A stretch of DNA of 64,000 bases from Isurus oxyrinchus (GCA_026770705.1 JANJGN010000018.1:95232001-95296000), one strand, 5' to 3'. Shown: positions 12,077-25,899, counted from the stretch's first letter. A program made the numbers and translations. Notes: a model not told the origin generated them from the sequence alone.

Positions 12077-15000
12077 TGGTCTATCATCTTGAATGGTTTA
12101 GACCAGTGTCTGCAACAACGGCATACAGGAATATCCCAAGTGATTAACGAATTGGCAAATGGAAATAGAAAGGTTTAACCAAGCCTGTTGTCTATGATAA
12201 AAGGGTGAGCCAAAAGCTTGGTCAGGGAAGCATTTCAGCAGGTTTTTAAAATATGAAGAAAGTGAAGAGATGAGGAAGAGCTGGATATTGGTGAGGGAAG
12301 GGGTGATGCAAATTAAGATCAGAGCATATAATAAAAAATATATAGTAAGATAGATAAACATATTATAGAAAAAAGAAGGGATATGCTGAGAGGGCTACTT
12401 GAGGATAGACAAGAGGCTCCACTGGAACATAACCGCTGGCATGAACTAGTTGGCCTGTTTCTGTGCTATATTTCTGTATAATCTTACGTAATATGTAAAA
12501 ATATTCAGGAAGGAATACAGGATTGGTAGCAATTGCAGAAATAAGGCGTAGCAAACCTATTTAGAAATATATACTCAAGGGCTATACAGGATTTAATGCT
12601 TTAGAGGAAGGGGAGCTAATGTAGATCAATGAGGGCAGGGATGAAGGCAAGCTATACTTTGATCTTGACAAAAATACATACAAGCTGGAACTTATGGATG
12701 ACTGAAGGTCAAGCAAGAGCTTCATTGAAGTAGTTGAGCCTGGAGGTGACAAAAGCACGCAATGACTGTTCTGCAGTGGAAGGTTCAGGTTGGGATAGAA
12801 ACAGACCATGTTGCAGAGGAAGCAAGCTTACATCGTGATGGATATGATAGGATGCTCCAAGTTCAGCTGAGGGTACAATAAACCTAGATTACCAGTCATC
12901 AGTTTCTGCCCAAAGAGCAGAATGGCAGCAATATCAACAAAAGAGCGAGCTCTTCAATTCTGTAATTTGTGGCTCCGAGAAAATGAGGCAATAGCTGGTT
13001 TTATTTCATGCTAACTCGTGTGCTTGGGCTGCCAACTTACATTGCATGATTCTCTCACAGCTGTCAGCAACTCCAGAGTATATCTGCCAGATTCTTTTAG
13101 GGCTGCTGCCAAAAAAGCCTGGTTAAAAATTCTGCCATTGTTGTTGGCAGAGTAAAACCTGCGCATCAGAAGCCAATCACCAAAGCACCCAACAAATGCA
13201 ATATAAAAAGTTAAAATTAAACTCCATTTATCCTGTGAGTGTAAATGAACGTAATTTCCTCAAAGGTTTATTTGTTCAAAATCAACTTCTGTTGCTGCCA
13301 GAGGATAAGGGCAAGTTTTTACAATCAGTTCAAATACAAAAATACTAAAAATAGCAAAACAACATATTAAACCAAAAACAAATTACTTATTCTTAAAAAT
13401 AGCACCAAAAAGCAAAAAAAAGTTAAAGTGCAGGCAAAAATTCACCCAACAGCATCGCAGCTAACAGTGCCACCATCGATTTACCAAGCAGTCATAACTT
13501 CCTCGAGATTGTGTATCACTTAAACAACTGCCCTGTGTTTTATGCAGGAAATCTTCCAAATGCCTCTTTCCAAATGCGGCCGCACTCCTGGCAGGAAGAG
13601 GAGGATCAAGGGTTGTACTCAATTGACCTCCTTGGGATTCATGACAAAGTAGCTGCTGCTCAACCCATGCAGGTGTACTTGTTTCCGAAGGCTTGTTCAG
13701 CCCTACGGCACTATGCTGGTGAATGATTATAACATTGCTGTAGTGAAGCCAGAGAAGCTTTCAGTCTTATGTCAACAATGTTTTTAAATGAGCCACATCA
13801 CCCAAGGAACACGTATTTCCTCCCCAGGAGATCTTGCTTATGATGGTTCCCTCAGCATCTATAGTCTTTTGGTACCACATGTCAGGCCCATTTACCAAGT
13901 CTAGAAGAACTGAATCACAGCAAGTTAATCAACCACTGTAGAAATAGGGGAAATGATAGCTTAATCAAAGCCAACAACAGCCCCTATTATATCCTCAACC
14001 AACATATACACATATTCACCAGTGATTATTGAACAGCTATCAGCAATGAAATTTCTCACTGTATTTCTCTCTTTCAGGCAAGTTTAGATCAAGCTAGGAA
14101 CAGAGGGCCAATAAGTCATCCAAAACTGGGCCATAATTTTCATGTTAGGAACAAGATATCAGCTCACTCCGAGTACAGCATCATGCAGTCATAATTCTGC
14201 TGGATTTCACTGTTCAAAAGGTTTTGAGAGCCAGTTTTTAGGCACTTTTAAAAAATAATCTAGAATGTGCCCATTCCTAAAATGGATAGTGAATGCAAGC
14301 AAGATTAGCATTTTTGGGAAGTGTCCGTAAAATTCCAACTTAAAGGTGAACTTGAAATAAAAACAAAAAAACAACTGGTAGAATTAGAAACTGTGACATC
14401 AACCCTAATTAAATGTTAGCAGCCACTGTGCTTGGGAAAATGAAAAAATAACTATAGAATTAATTAACATTATTCCTAATCAATCTAAAGTTCAGTATGG
14501 AAACTCCATATCAGCATCGTTTCTTTACGTTAAAAAAGAGTGACATCTGAATTTGTTTGATTTTTCACATTTAACCAAGCTGCTAATTACACCATTTGAG
14601 GTGACTGAGGGACTACACTATGAAAGGTACTGAAGTTAAATGAACTGTTAAGTTCAGTTCCCTCAGTTTTACTCAGTACCTGCCACTTCCTCCCCACAAT
14701 AAAGTCATCAGCACTTAAGTGGAAAACAAATGCTTAAAGGAAAAGTATTTTTAAACGTTCAAAATTTTATCATACTGAAGATGACACTCTACCAGCAACA
14801 TTTTTTTCAAAAATGGACAACTTGGTGCTCATTGGCTTCACATTTGAAAAGCAATGACATATTTCCTTTTTGAAAAGCTGATAGTGGGATCAACGAGATA
14901 ACAAACCTCAAACCAAGGATATGCTTAGGTCAAACAATCCAGGTCACATTCAACTAGGCAGACAGATAGTCATTTACACATCACATGACAGAAAAATATT

Positions 15001-16139
15001 CTAATTAAGACTCTAAAAATACATGGTCTGGTGTCCAAAAACAAAGGGATGCTCAGAAACAACAACAATTCTCCAGCATACTTTTTTAAAATAAAGCTTA
15101 AATACAGGTACCTCTTTGTTAAAATAATTTAGATACCATATTCATGTGATATTTAAACTTTCAGTGTGGATAGCCCTGCTCCAAGTACCAATTACATGGA
15201 CCACAGAACACCAGAAATCAAGATTTATAATTAAAAGATGCCAACATGTTTAGGATTCCAAATTAAACTGTTGTAAATCAAAAAAAATTCCAAGGTTTAA
15301 AGCCTGGTGCATAAGGACAACTCTCGAACTTTTAAATGACCTGCAAACATGCAGACTCTCATACAAAAGCGACTGTGGTTGGTGAGGTGCATCAAACATG
15401 CAAGTATCACGTTACTGTGTCATTTGGAGCTTGGCTTCATTTCTGCAGCATTTACTTCAGTATGGTTTATTCCGAGTCTAAGCCAGTGACTGCTTCATTG
15501 AAAAAAGCATTATGTAGTACCATGCTAAAATCCCACTAGAATGTTTTTCCTGAAAAAAGAGCTGTTCAAATACTGAAATCAAACATTTAAATACAATTCT
15601 CAATCATTCCAATTTCTTATCTTATCTCTTTGCTAAAAAATGGTTTTCCTAATTTGTGTGCCTTCTCTCCAGCTGGAGGTGCTCCAGTTCATTGTAATGC
15701 TTTGAAAATAAATATCAACTTTGCTGCTTTGACCATAATATTAAAATGATGTAACTGCGTATCATTCCGAAATCGAGCATGTTTCAAGAAACAGTTGCAA
15801 AGATCTGCAATTTAAAATTATACATTAAATCAGCTTAGCTCGGTTGGTAGCACTCTAGCTTTAGTCATGTCATAAATTCAAGCCCCTTTATGGATACTGA
15901 TAACATTCTCACTTAATTGGGAAGATATCCCTGAATTTGCTGGGACTTTTTTCGCTTATTTTGGCTTCTTTTAGCTTGATTGGACTATATGATCTTTCTC
16001 GTATAAATGGTGGTCTAAAAGGAGCACTTGCCAAGATAAACTGACCCTAGGGCAACCCAGTGTCACCCTTATTCATCTGCCAAGAAAGACCCACCACCAG
16101 GACTCGGGTATAAGTGCAAGGAGCTCATGGACTTATCAC

Positions 16140-17530
16140 TAACAGAATCTGATCAACTGCTTCTGCTTCTTCCCTCTCTTCCCCTATGTCAAACTTGCTT
16201 GAAAGGCTCTCCACGCCCCCTTGTCCTGAACTCATCTTTCCCTAGTTTCTCACCTCATTCTCTCAGAATTTATCTTGGTTATGAGATCCACCTCCTGTTC
16301 CTTCAGCACTATTCCCACTGAACTGTCGACCACCTAACTAACTTCCTGGCTTCTTTGTTAACTATTGTTAATGTTTCTCTTTGTTCAAGTGCTGCTCCCC
16401 CCACCTTAAAATCTGCTAACATTCCTCTTCTCTTCAAAATATAGCAACCCTTCATCCCTCTATTATTGTCCCATCTCCAACCACCTCTCCTCTCTCTAGT
16501 CTTTTAATGGATTGTTGAATCCCAAATCTGTACCTATGTTTTCTACAACCCAATGCTTGAATCCCTCCAACCAAATTTCCACTGCAATCACTATATCAAA
16601 ACCCTTCTCAAAAGTCACAAACATATTTTCTCAACCAGTCTGCAGACTTTGAAAAGGTTGACTTCCATCGTGTCTCCACTGTTGTCCAGCTGGGTGGACC
16701 GAACTCACCTGGTCCCATTTTATCTATCCAATCATAGCCAGAGAATCACCTGAAATGGATTTGCATGCCACTCCCACCCTTATCTCTGGTCTCTCCCAAG
16801 GATCTCTCCTTGGGCCCCTATTATTTCTCACCTCCATGCTGCCCTTCAGCAACATCACCCGAAAACTCAGCGTAGGTTCCCACATGTATGCCAACGACAA
16901 CCAGCTCTACCATACTGTCTCTTGCGACCCCTCCAGTGATGAGCAGCAATTTCCTCCAACTAAATATTAGGAAGACCAAAGCTATTGTCTACTCTGCCAC
17001 AACGTCCATTCCCTCGCCAACAACGCCATCATTCTCCCTGGTAACTATACAAAGTTGCTGCAGGCAGTTTGCAACTGGGTGGCATATCTGGCCCCAAGTA
17101 GGGTTTTCCTCCTTATATGGTCACTAAGACCACATATTTCTACCTCCTTTACATTATTCAAGTCTAGAGGTAACAAAAGGTATATATAATGGTTTCAGGA
17201 GTACTCAAATACAATCCTAGCCTGCCTCTCACATTATACTCACTGAAAACTTGAAGCCATCAAATCACTGCTGCCTGTGTCCTAATTCATATCAACACCT
17301 GCATTCGTTGACCTATAATGGCTCCCGATTATACAATGTCTCAAAAAATCCAGAGTTTTCAAACATCTCCATGGTCTTAACCTCTCCCTGTCCAGAATCT
17401 GCTTTAGCCCTCCAGGATATCAGCATTCCTCTAACTTTGGCCTCCTGCACCATTTTGTTTGATAACAATCCTGTGAAGCGCCTAGGGAAATTTTACTGCG
17501 TTAAGGACATTAATGTAAATGCAAGCTGGT
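16140..17530 (+). mobile_element. Decayed L2 LINE RT region to 3' end
   Basis: ORF 16755-16970 has SGLSQGSLLGPLLFL...HMYANDNQLY (RT motifs QGSxLGP and YADD); next frame NFLQLNIRKTKAI. Confidence 0.85.
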
Positions 17531-20500
17531 GTTGTATTCCAAATTACCACTTCAGTGGAGTATTGAAAGAATGCTGCAGTATCAGAGATGCTACTTTTCA
17601 AGAAAAGATATTCAATGGAGGCACTATATGCCTACTTAAATGTAAAAAAAATCCTTCATATCACCTGGAGGGTGTCACAAGTCTCCAGATATTCCAGCCC
17701 ACATTCATCTCTTCATCAAAATCACCACTTAACTGGTCATTAAACACATTTGTGTTGTGTTTGCCTACATTACTCTAAGTCAAGCTTTAGAAATTTTATT
17801 ACAAGTTTGCAAATTGAAGAAGCTCTTGTTTACCCATTTATATTTCTTAAAATTATAAAACCAAAGATTAGTCCTTTTCACTTCACAAAAGCTCCATTAC
17901 ATTGCTACCCATACTGATTTCAATAGTCTCAGGCCGGGAACCAGCTATTTACAGCAGTGCAAACATGGAAATATTTTATTACCAATACTGCTATCACACG
18001 AATATGAAGACATTGCCAGAGCATTGAGCTTCCATGTTGATGTAGGGGCTTCAAACCAATGTAGATACTTATCAAGTCACAAAGCGTAAACAGAGCATTC
18101 ATGATGTAGTTATTTACTTTGGATGGGGATGTCGAGAGAAACAACAAACCAACACGTGTCCAAAGTACACGGTGATCCTTACGTTCAACTGTGATAGCTT
18201 AGATAGGGGCTTTAAACCTAACATGGTTCACACATTCTTGCCAATTGTTTTTTGAAAATCAGACAACCCACATCAGCATGGTTAGTAATAAGGACAACTA
18301 TGTCAAGAATGAGGGGAAGAGACATGGCAAAGCTTAAAAACACTAGTCATTATTAGCTCTTGCTGCGTATTTACTACCATCCCAAAAGGTCCATAAACAT
18401 TAATTTGTTACCATTATTTACAAAAGAACTCTTTAGTGAAGTTTACAACTGTCATCAAAGCTATTAAAATAAATTAATAGTTATTAGAGCTTATGCTCAA
18501 GTGTGATGGTCAACCACACCATTACAATTTAAATTGAGGTATCATCATATAGGTCTTATTACATATCATTAGGCCAGCAACTTTCTGCGGTTAGGAGAAA
18601 TAAATAGTAACTTATGCTTTATTACGACAGTATTTAATATTGAAATACAGGTCAAATAGAGCAATCAATATTAAAACATGGATCAAAGCAAACGATTCTA
18701 ATAACATGGGTCATAAGTTCACTTATCCTGGTTTCACAGTGTTCCCTGGCAAGTTTAAAAATAAGTCATGAACTAAGCATTTGGCAAAAGGTGCTGCTGA
18801 AACAACGTGTTAAAGTAAACTTAGAATCATGAAGCTTCTCCATATAAATGAATGTACATCTGACAATGCAAGATGCATCTCATTGAAGATTAACTTTTTG
18901 ACTAATGCCTGACTTCGCATTGTACCTAATATTTCATACCAGTTGTTTCTGTTGCTACTTTGATCCGAAATACTTTCCCAGTCATTTAAGGTGCCTTCTG
19001 TTTTTCGGCAACTAGTTTTTGTTGCACAATTATGTACTTCCTATGGCCACATAAAAACAAAACGTGTCAGATTGCAGTCCAGGAGCGAGGAATGTACATT
19101 TTCCATTGGATCTTCCTAGTTGCTACTGGTCTAACAAAAGCTAATAAACAGAATGCAGGTTTCATTGATGGTTGTGAAGTCACCAGGCACAAAAGATATC
19201 TTACTACTTGCCTGCAGACATTAATTATGATGTCAATTTTCTGCATGCGCACACTTGCAAAAACATCATGGTACAACTGGTGGCAAAGGCTTATTGTAAG
19301 AGTAAATTTAGCAGAGTGATTGTTCTTATTCAATCCCTCAAGAACTGGAAAAGAAGTTTTTGTCTCCAAGCCATGGAAAGAACAGTCAATGGTAGTGATG
19401 GCTTTTTCTTGGTGTAGGAAAACCTTTCTGGTATAATAAACCATTAGATTGAAATTCTTTGAAATATAGTGGCCCAAAGAAAACTCCTCTCATTCATTTC
19501 ACTCATTTTCAAAAGTGAATCAAAGTACACAAACTGTATTTCAAGACAAACCCATGAACAATGCTAAACCAATAATGGCTTCCTCAATTCGTCAAACAAA
19601 TATTTATCACCATATGTAGCTAAACTAAAATGACTATGCTTGGCAGGGAGATTTTTTTTTTCTTCATTTCTACAACTAGGAAGTGATAAATATCGGGATA
19701 CTTTTGAGAAAATATCAGAAGTTAACCACAGATGTTACTCAAAAACAGATCCAAGTGCCCTTTAGCAGCAATTAGGTTGTCGGCATTATCAAGTCACGCA
19801 TTTCAATGTGAAATTTAAAATCCTGTATAGGATAACTATGGGATATCATAGTCCATCATTAATATGGCCAACATTTTACAGCTGGCACTATGCTACAAAT
19901 GGGCTAACACAAACAGATGCACGTAAAAGCTCAAGCTAAAATTTCCGATTTCTGACACTGAGCCATCCAGGCCAAAAAGTGAGCTGAAGTTTCATCCTTA
20001 AACTCATGTGTGGACATGACAAATAAGACAGGATCAGGCTTGACTGTGAAGGCCCCCAACAATTGTTAATGTTTACAATAAGGCATAATGGAAAAATCCT
20101 GACCTAGAGAAGCCATCATCATGTGTATCCATAGCCCAGTACCTCAAAGAAGCAATCATATCAGGAGAAAAGCTGATAAAGGAACAAAAAATTGTGAAAG
20201 GAAATAAATCCTCCTTTTGCATATATTTAGGCACACGAAACATCTGTATTGATTCCACATGCCCAAGAATAATTTATACACACATTACACACGCCAGCCA
20301 ATTCCAGCCACATTAAAATCTAATCACCATAGACAAACATAACATCAATCTGTAACTGCCATGACAACCACACTAGGAAACAATTAACATTTTGTACCAT
20401 AGTGAATCACCAATCAACCAAATATGAAAAATTACAGTATTAACTGCTTTATTTACATACATTCCCTAGGTTTTTTTTTAAATACAGGCTACTCACATGT

Positions 20501-22295
20501 TTAGGTTGAATTAAACTCAATTCATAAAAGCACATACACTGAAGCCTCTTGGCTTCTCCCTGTCCTTACAATAACCTTACACCCATTAACCTGTTGCCTG
20601 CATGATTTTTCTCTTTAAATCACCAAGAAGCACATTCAAATAAAAAGCATTCGTGACATGATAAAGGTTACTTTCTATATTTTAATTAGTTACATCTCTC
20701 AACTAGCTCCAAAAAAGGCTAAGTGACAAGTTTGAATAACGCACACCAATGCATACATTCCTCCAACTAATGAAAATATACAATAACCAATGGAAAATTT
20801 TGCATGAAAATGGACGATAAAGTGTACTTGGTAATAACACTGTTGACTATAGCCAAGTAGATGAAAGTCAATATAAGCGATATTCATTTCTTCCTACAAT
20901 GTGAGGAAGAAAAAAGGCTTGCACATATATAGTGACTTTCATGATCACCAGACATCCCAAAGCACTTTCCAGCCAATGAATTACTTCTGAAGTGTAGTCA
21001 CTGCTAGAAAGTAGGTGGCATTGGAAGCCATCAGGTAAATAAGAAGCAGCCATTCAACTGATTATTGGGCAAGGTACGTTTGTCTACAATGGCATTCTAC
21101 CCCAAATGTTACTGATAAGGAATGCAATATTGTATTACATGGTTGTTCTTTATAACAGTCTGTACCTGAATTCAGAAAAGGTGATAGCTCACTATTGTAT
21201 CTCTACACACCCATCATGTCCAAGGGAAATAAGAATAACACAAAGATCAAAGGCAAAGTTCATATTTAAGTATTTTCAGATTCATACAGGACACTGATTT
21301 ATCAGATGATTAACTGAGAAGTACAAGCAATTCTAAAAGTTGTGTTCACAAATTTTCCCTCAACAACAATCCAAATACATTTTACTCCAAATCTAAAATC
21401 AGGGAAAATGAAATGAACTACATATAAATGAATGCAAAGTACAACTATCCCCAAGTGCAATTGATAAGACAAATTATTCATGTCATTAAATTTCATATGG
21501 AAGGCACTCAGTTCACATATATCACTTCTATAGATGCTATTGGCCTACTGGAAAAATAAGTTATATGCAGATTTGCTTTCAGTTTTTGTTGGGTGCATTT
21601 CCTCACTAAACACAGGAATATTCTCGTTCTGGATATCTGGAACTGAACTGTCAAATAAAAAAGTCAATAATATAATGGCTGTTATATCAAATATTGCCGA
21701 GGTTAATTAGTGCACTGCATTTTAAAATCAATTTTAAGCAAGTGCTCCCACCATTAAATCAATATAAGTGAGGAGCCACTGACGGCAAGATAAGAGTGAG
21801 CTATCGAGAGCAAAAGGCAAGCAGTAAATTGGAAAATGAAGATAGGGATACAAGAGACATTGCAGCCTTAAGATGAGCTTTATTGCTACTATTGATCTAA
21901 ATCAAAGCTTTGAAAGTTTTTTTTAAATCAATTACATAATATTCCATAACAAATATATGTGTTACTCGGTACAACTGACTGTTCCATTTCTTGACTCAAT
22001 AAAACTTTAACAAGGTTACACTGACTAAGTCTGTATATCAGCTCAGTGCAACATAAATTTAAGCTTGATTGACACAATTACAGCAATTTAAGCAAACTCT
22101 TCATCTGACTTACCCTCATCTTACTGACCACAACCACATTCTGATAATTTCAAACCCTTCTTCTAGATTTAACATACATCCCCTTTTACCACACCACCCC
22201 CTCCAAGAATAAATTACGGGGGGAAAACAGTAGAACTTCTAATCCATGCAGCTTTATTTCTTTCTGGCAGGAGCTAATCAACACGTTTAAAAACT

Positions 22296-22430
22296 ATAAA
22301 AACAAAGAAAACTGCGGATGCTGGAAATCCAAAACAAAAACAGAATTACCTGGAAAAACTCAGCAGGTCCGGCAGCATCGGCGGAGAAGAAAAGAGCCGA
22401 CGCTTCGAGTCCTCACGACCCTTCGACAGA
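22296..22430 (-). mobile_element. Young short Penelope-like pLTR-derived copy with hammerhead motif
   Basis: Nearly identical to 11793-11891; flanked by duplication acgtttaaaaact (22283-22295 and 22431-22443). Same CTGTCGA core, but GAAA is changed to GAAG. Confidence 0.8.
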
Positions 22431-22889
22431 ACGTTTAAAAACTGTTGGATTGTTGGCCTCTTTGACCTTAATCCAAGAAGTCATCAGTTTTCTGAAGGTT
22501 TAAGTTTCAGAACCACAGCATTCCCATCTGCCCAAATGCAAAATAAGCCTATGAATCCCAAAAATATACCTTTTATGACTAGAGTAAAAAAATCTGTACT
22601 GTCTTTTAAGGAATTTTTTGCTTTTCTATTGTGACATGCTTCCCAATCACTAACTGCCAAGACCACCACTAACACACGGGCTATTAGAATTGATGCTTTT
22701 GACAATATACAGATGCAATGAAGTACAAGCATGGCTGTAATGAAGCTTTGTCATTTCAATAACATAGCAAAGATATTGTTCTGTTTGAAGTAGGACTACA
22801 ACAAAGCTTCATTATTACATTGTTAACACAACTTCATAGGGTCTGAAAACATACAAACTTCCACAATTACTTTAAGTTCTTGAGAATGC

Positions 22890-23780
22890 TTTTTCACTTT
22901 TACACTGACAACACCCAGCTCTACCTCACCACCATCTCTCTGGACTCCTCTACTGTAGGTATTCTTCAGATTGTTTACCAGTATTGGGTGAGCAGAGATT
23001 TCTTCCAATTAAATGCTGGAAAGACTGAAGCCATCATTTTCAGTCCCTGCTTCAAACTCAACCAACTCCATTCCTCTCTGTAGGAACAGAACAAGAAAAA
23101 ACCTTGCTCACAACCTTCGTGTCACATTTGACCCAAAGATGAGCTTCCAACTATATATTCATGCTATCGCTAAGGCAGTCTATACCTGGATAACATTGCC
23201 AGACTTCACTCCTGCCTCAGCTCATCTGCTGCTGAAACCATCAATAATGCTTTTTGTTACGTCTAGCCTTGACAATTTCAAAGTACTCCTAGCTGGTCTC
23301 CGAAATTCTCCCCTCAATAAACTGAAGCACTCCAAATCTCCGCTGCCAGTGTCTTAGCTGGTGGCAAGTACTGTTCATCTTTCACCCCTATGCTTGTTGA
23401 GCTACACCGGCTCCAAGTCAAGCAACACCTTTAATTTTAAAATTCTCATCCTTGGTTTTCAAATTCCCCCAATGGCTTTGCCTCTCCCCATCTCCTCCAG
23501 CCTCACAACCTTCAGATGACTGCACTCCTCTAATTTTGGCTTCTTGAGCTTCCTTCATTTTAATTGCTCCACCATTTTTGGCTATGCTCTTAGTTGTCAG
23601 GCCCTAAGGTCTGGAATTCCTCCCTTACTTTCCTTCCTTTAGACATTCATCAAAACCTACCTTTTTAACCAAGGTTTTGGTAATCTGACCCAGCATCTCC
23701 TTACATCACTCTCCTATGAAGCACCTTGGGACATTTCATTACATTGAAGGTAACTGTACAAATATAAGTTGTTGTTGAAG
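22890..23780 (+). mobile_element. L2 LINE 3' fragment
   Basis: ORF 22880-23083 has FHFYTDNTQLYL...FFQLNAGKTEAIIF; L2-type tail with aatataagttgttgttg. Confidence 0.85.
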
Positions 23781-23850
23781 TTCCATTCTTAATCTCATCA
23801 GTAACTGTGTCCAAATCTTCATTTCTGGACCCAAGTACAAATCTCTTTAC

Positions 23851-23975
23851 CTGTGCTTCCTCAAGCAAGTGGGTTTGGATCTAAATAAACTGACAGCTGA
23901 AATCCAAATAGCTTAGACATAATTCCAATGTGGAGGACAGGGGATTCCTCATTTGTCCTGATTTGATCTTCTACA
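23851..23975 (-). other. Candidate alternative 5'UTR exon (125 nt)
   Basis: Minus-strand acceptor tagtttttatttcag|TGTAG and strong donor GCACAG|gtaaag; contains two short ATG-initiated ORFs that stop within the exon. Confidence 0.5.
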
Positions 23976-24681
23976 CTGAAATAAAAACTAGTTGATGCAT
24001 TTTGTACCATGTTAATGACTATCCTTACAAAAAAAACCTGCATATTATTTAAAATGAACTAACAGTGTCAGATCTTCTCATGTGATCGAGAAAGTGACAG
24101 ACCTAATCTAGTCTTACACAATGTTGACCTGCGAGGTTCTAAACAAGGCCCTAACATACACAAGCGAGTTGCTGAACGGCTTTTTCTCATTCTTAAAAAG
24201 AATTAAGGGCAAGAGCACTTAAAAAAAACCCACTACTGCCTTAAAAACACACCTAAATTAACAATGATTAGCCAGATAGCTTGATTTTCCACAAAAACTT
24301 GGTACAATTTATCTATTTTAAAAATATATTGTAGGATTCGACATGACTTAGACATGACTTCACAGAAGTAAATCCAACTTTTAAAAAGAGAGCCTGCAAC
24401 ACAACCAAAGTTGCATTCAAATTTGGAATTGAATTATCAATGGATTATTGGAAAAAAGCATAAAAAAATGAAAGAATGATATTGCACTGTTTCACAATTA
24501 CATATAACCTGGAATGAATCTACCATTTAAGTTTTTAAGTAATTTTTAAACATGATGTGCATTGTAAAGGAGTGAAAATAATTTATTTTTAGATTTTCTG
24601 TCAGCCTGAACGTAAACCAGGAAATGTCTGAATGTTCTTAAATTACAAGACAAAATTAATAATCTTGCAGGTGTATGTGTG

Positions 24682-24687
<6 letters not shown>

Positions 24688-24718
<31 letters not shown>
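24688..24718. repeat. (TA)n microsatellite
   Basis: Direct read: run of tatata... Confidence 0.95.
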
Positions 24719-24722
<4 letters not shown>

Positions 24723-24789
24723 CAAATAAATTTCAATGTAAGCAATTATGAGGTAGTGCATACTCCTCCAAAAATTAAACAGGGTAAGC

Positions 24790-25470
24790 AATGGGATCTA
24801 GGGGTACAGATGCATAAATCAGTAAAGCTGTGACACAGATTAATAAAGCCACTATGAAAGCAAAGCACCAGGTCCACTTGTGGAGGGAAAGAATTGAAAA
24901 GAAACAAGTTATATCAAACTTGCAGAGAACCGAGATTAGACGACAGAGTATGAAGCCGTTTTGGTCTCCATATTATAAAAAGGATATAGCAGCACTGGAA
25001 AAGGTATCAAAAAAAATCACAAGAAAATCCAAGAACAGAGATTCTAACTTTCAGGGAAAGTTGAAAGGAACTCTGTTCTCTCCAATGCAGAATGCTAAGG
25101 AAAGACCTGAAAGAGATCATTAAAATTATGAATGTGCTTGATAGGTAGGCACAAATAAGATGCTTCCACTTGTGTGGGGGAATACCAAAGCTAAGGACCA
25201 TAAAAATAAAAGATGGGCACTAAATCCAACAGGGAATTCAGGAGAAAGTGCTTTGCCCATAGAATGGTGAGAATGTGGAATTTGCTACATAAGGAATACT
25301 CAAGGTAAATGATACAGTTGTGTTGAAGGGTTAGTTAGATGAGCACAGGATGGAGAAAGGAATAGAAGGTTTGATGAAGAGGGGTGGGAGCAGGTTTATC
25401 TGGAACATAAACACCAGTAGAGCTGGGTTGAATGGTCTGTTCTTGTGCTGTGCATTCTATGCAATTCTCT
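24790..25470 (+). mobile_element. Decayed CR1 LINE 3' portion
   Basis: ORF 24830-25123 has FWSPYYKKDIAALEKV; downstream ttcaggagaaagtgctttgcccatagaatggtgagaatgtggaat and a CR1-type tail. Confidence 0.8.
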
Positions 25471-25899
25471 ATAAAATTTAGACAACCAATAGCATAATCA
25501 TCTTCAACAGTGGCTTTCAAAATGGTCAACTCGGCAATATAAAAAGTGGGTTACAAATGCTTGCGATTTCTAAGAATGCCAGCAAGCTCAGTATCCTAGT
25601 GCAACACTAAGATATTAAATACCATTAGCTTACTTGGGGTTCACATTTTTGCAAAATCAATAATCAAAAGATCGAACTAGATGAGCACTTAATGCCATAT
25701 TAAGTCCACAGCTGACTGTTTGATATCAAAGCAGTTACCAAACTAGTTATTAAACTCATACAAACATCAAATAGAAATAATGAACGTGCATTTATATCCT
25801 ACAAATCTGAAGTATAACAGCTGATGATACCAACAGACTAAGTAATTTCAAACTGATGAATCACTAAAAAAAAAGGATGGAAAAGGATATTTTATAAAG

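Noticed and set aside
17251-17778. 175-aa ORF
   Set aside because: Reads through an L2 tail into a Deu-SINE remnant; chance fusion of repeats.
19067-19477. 136-aa minus-strand ORF
   Set aside because: Non-ATG start, no recognisable motif, no convincing splice boundaries; compatible with chance.
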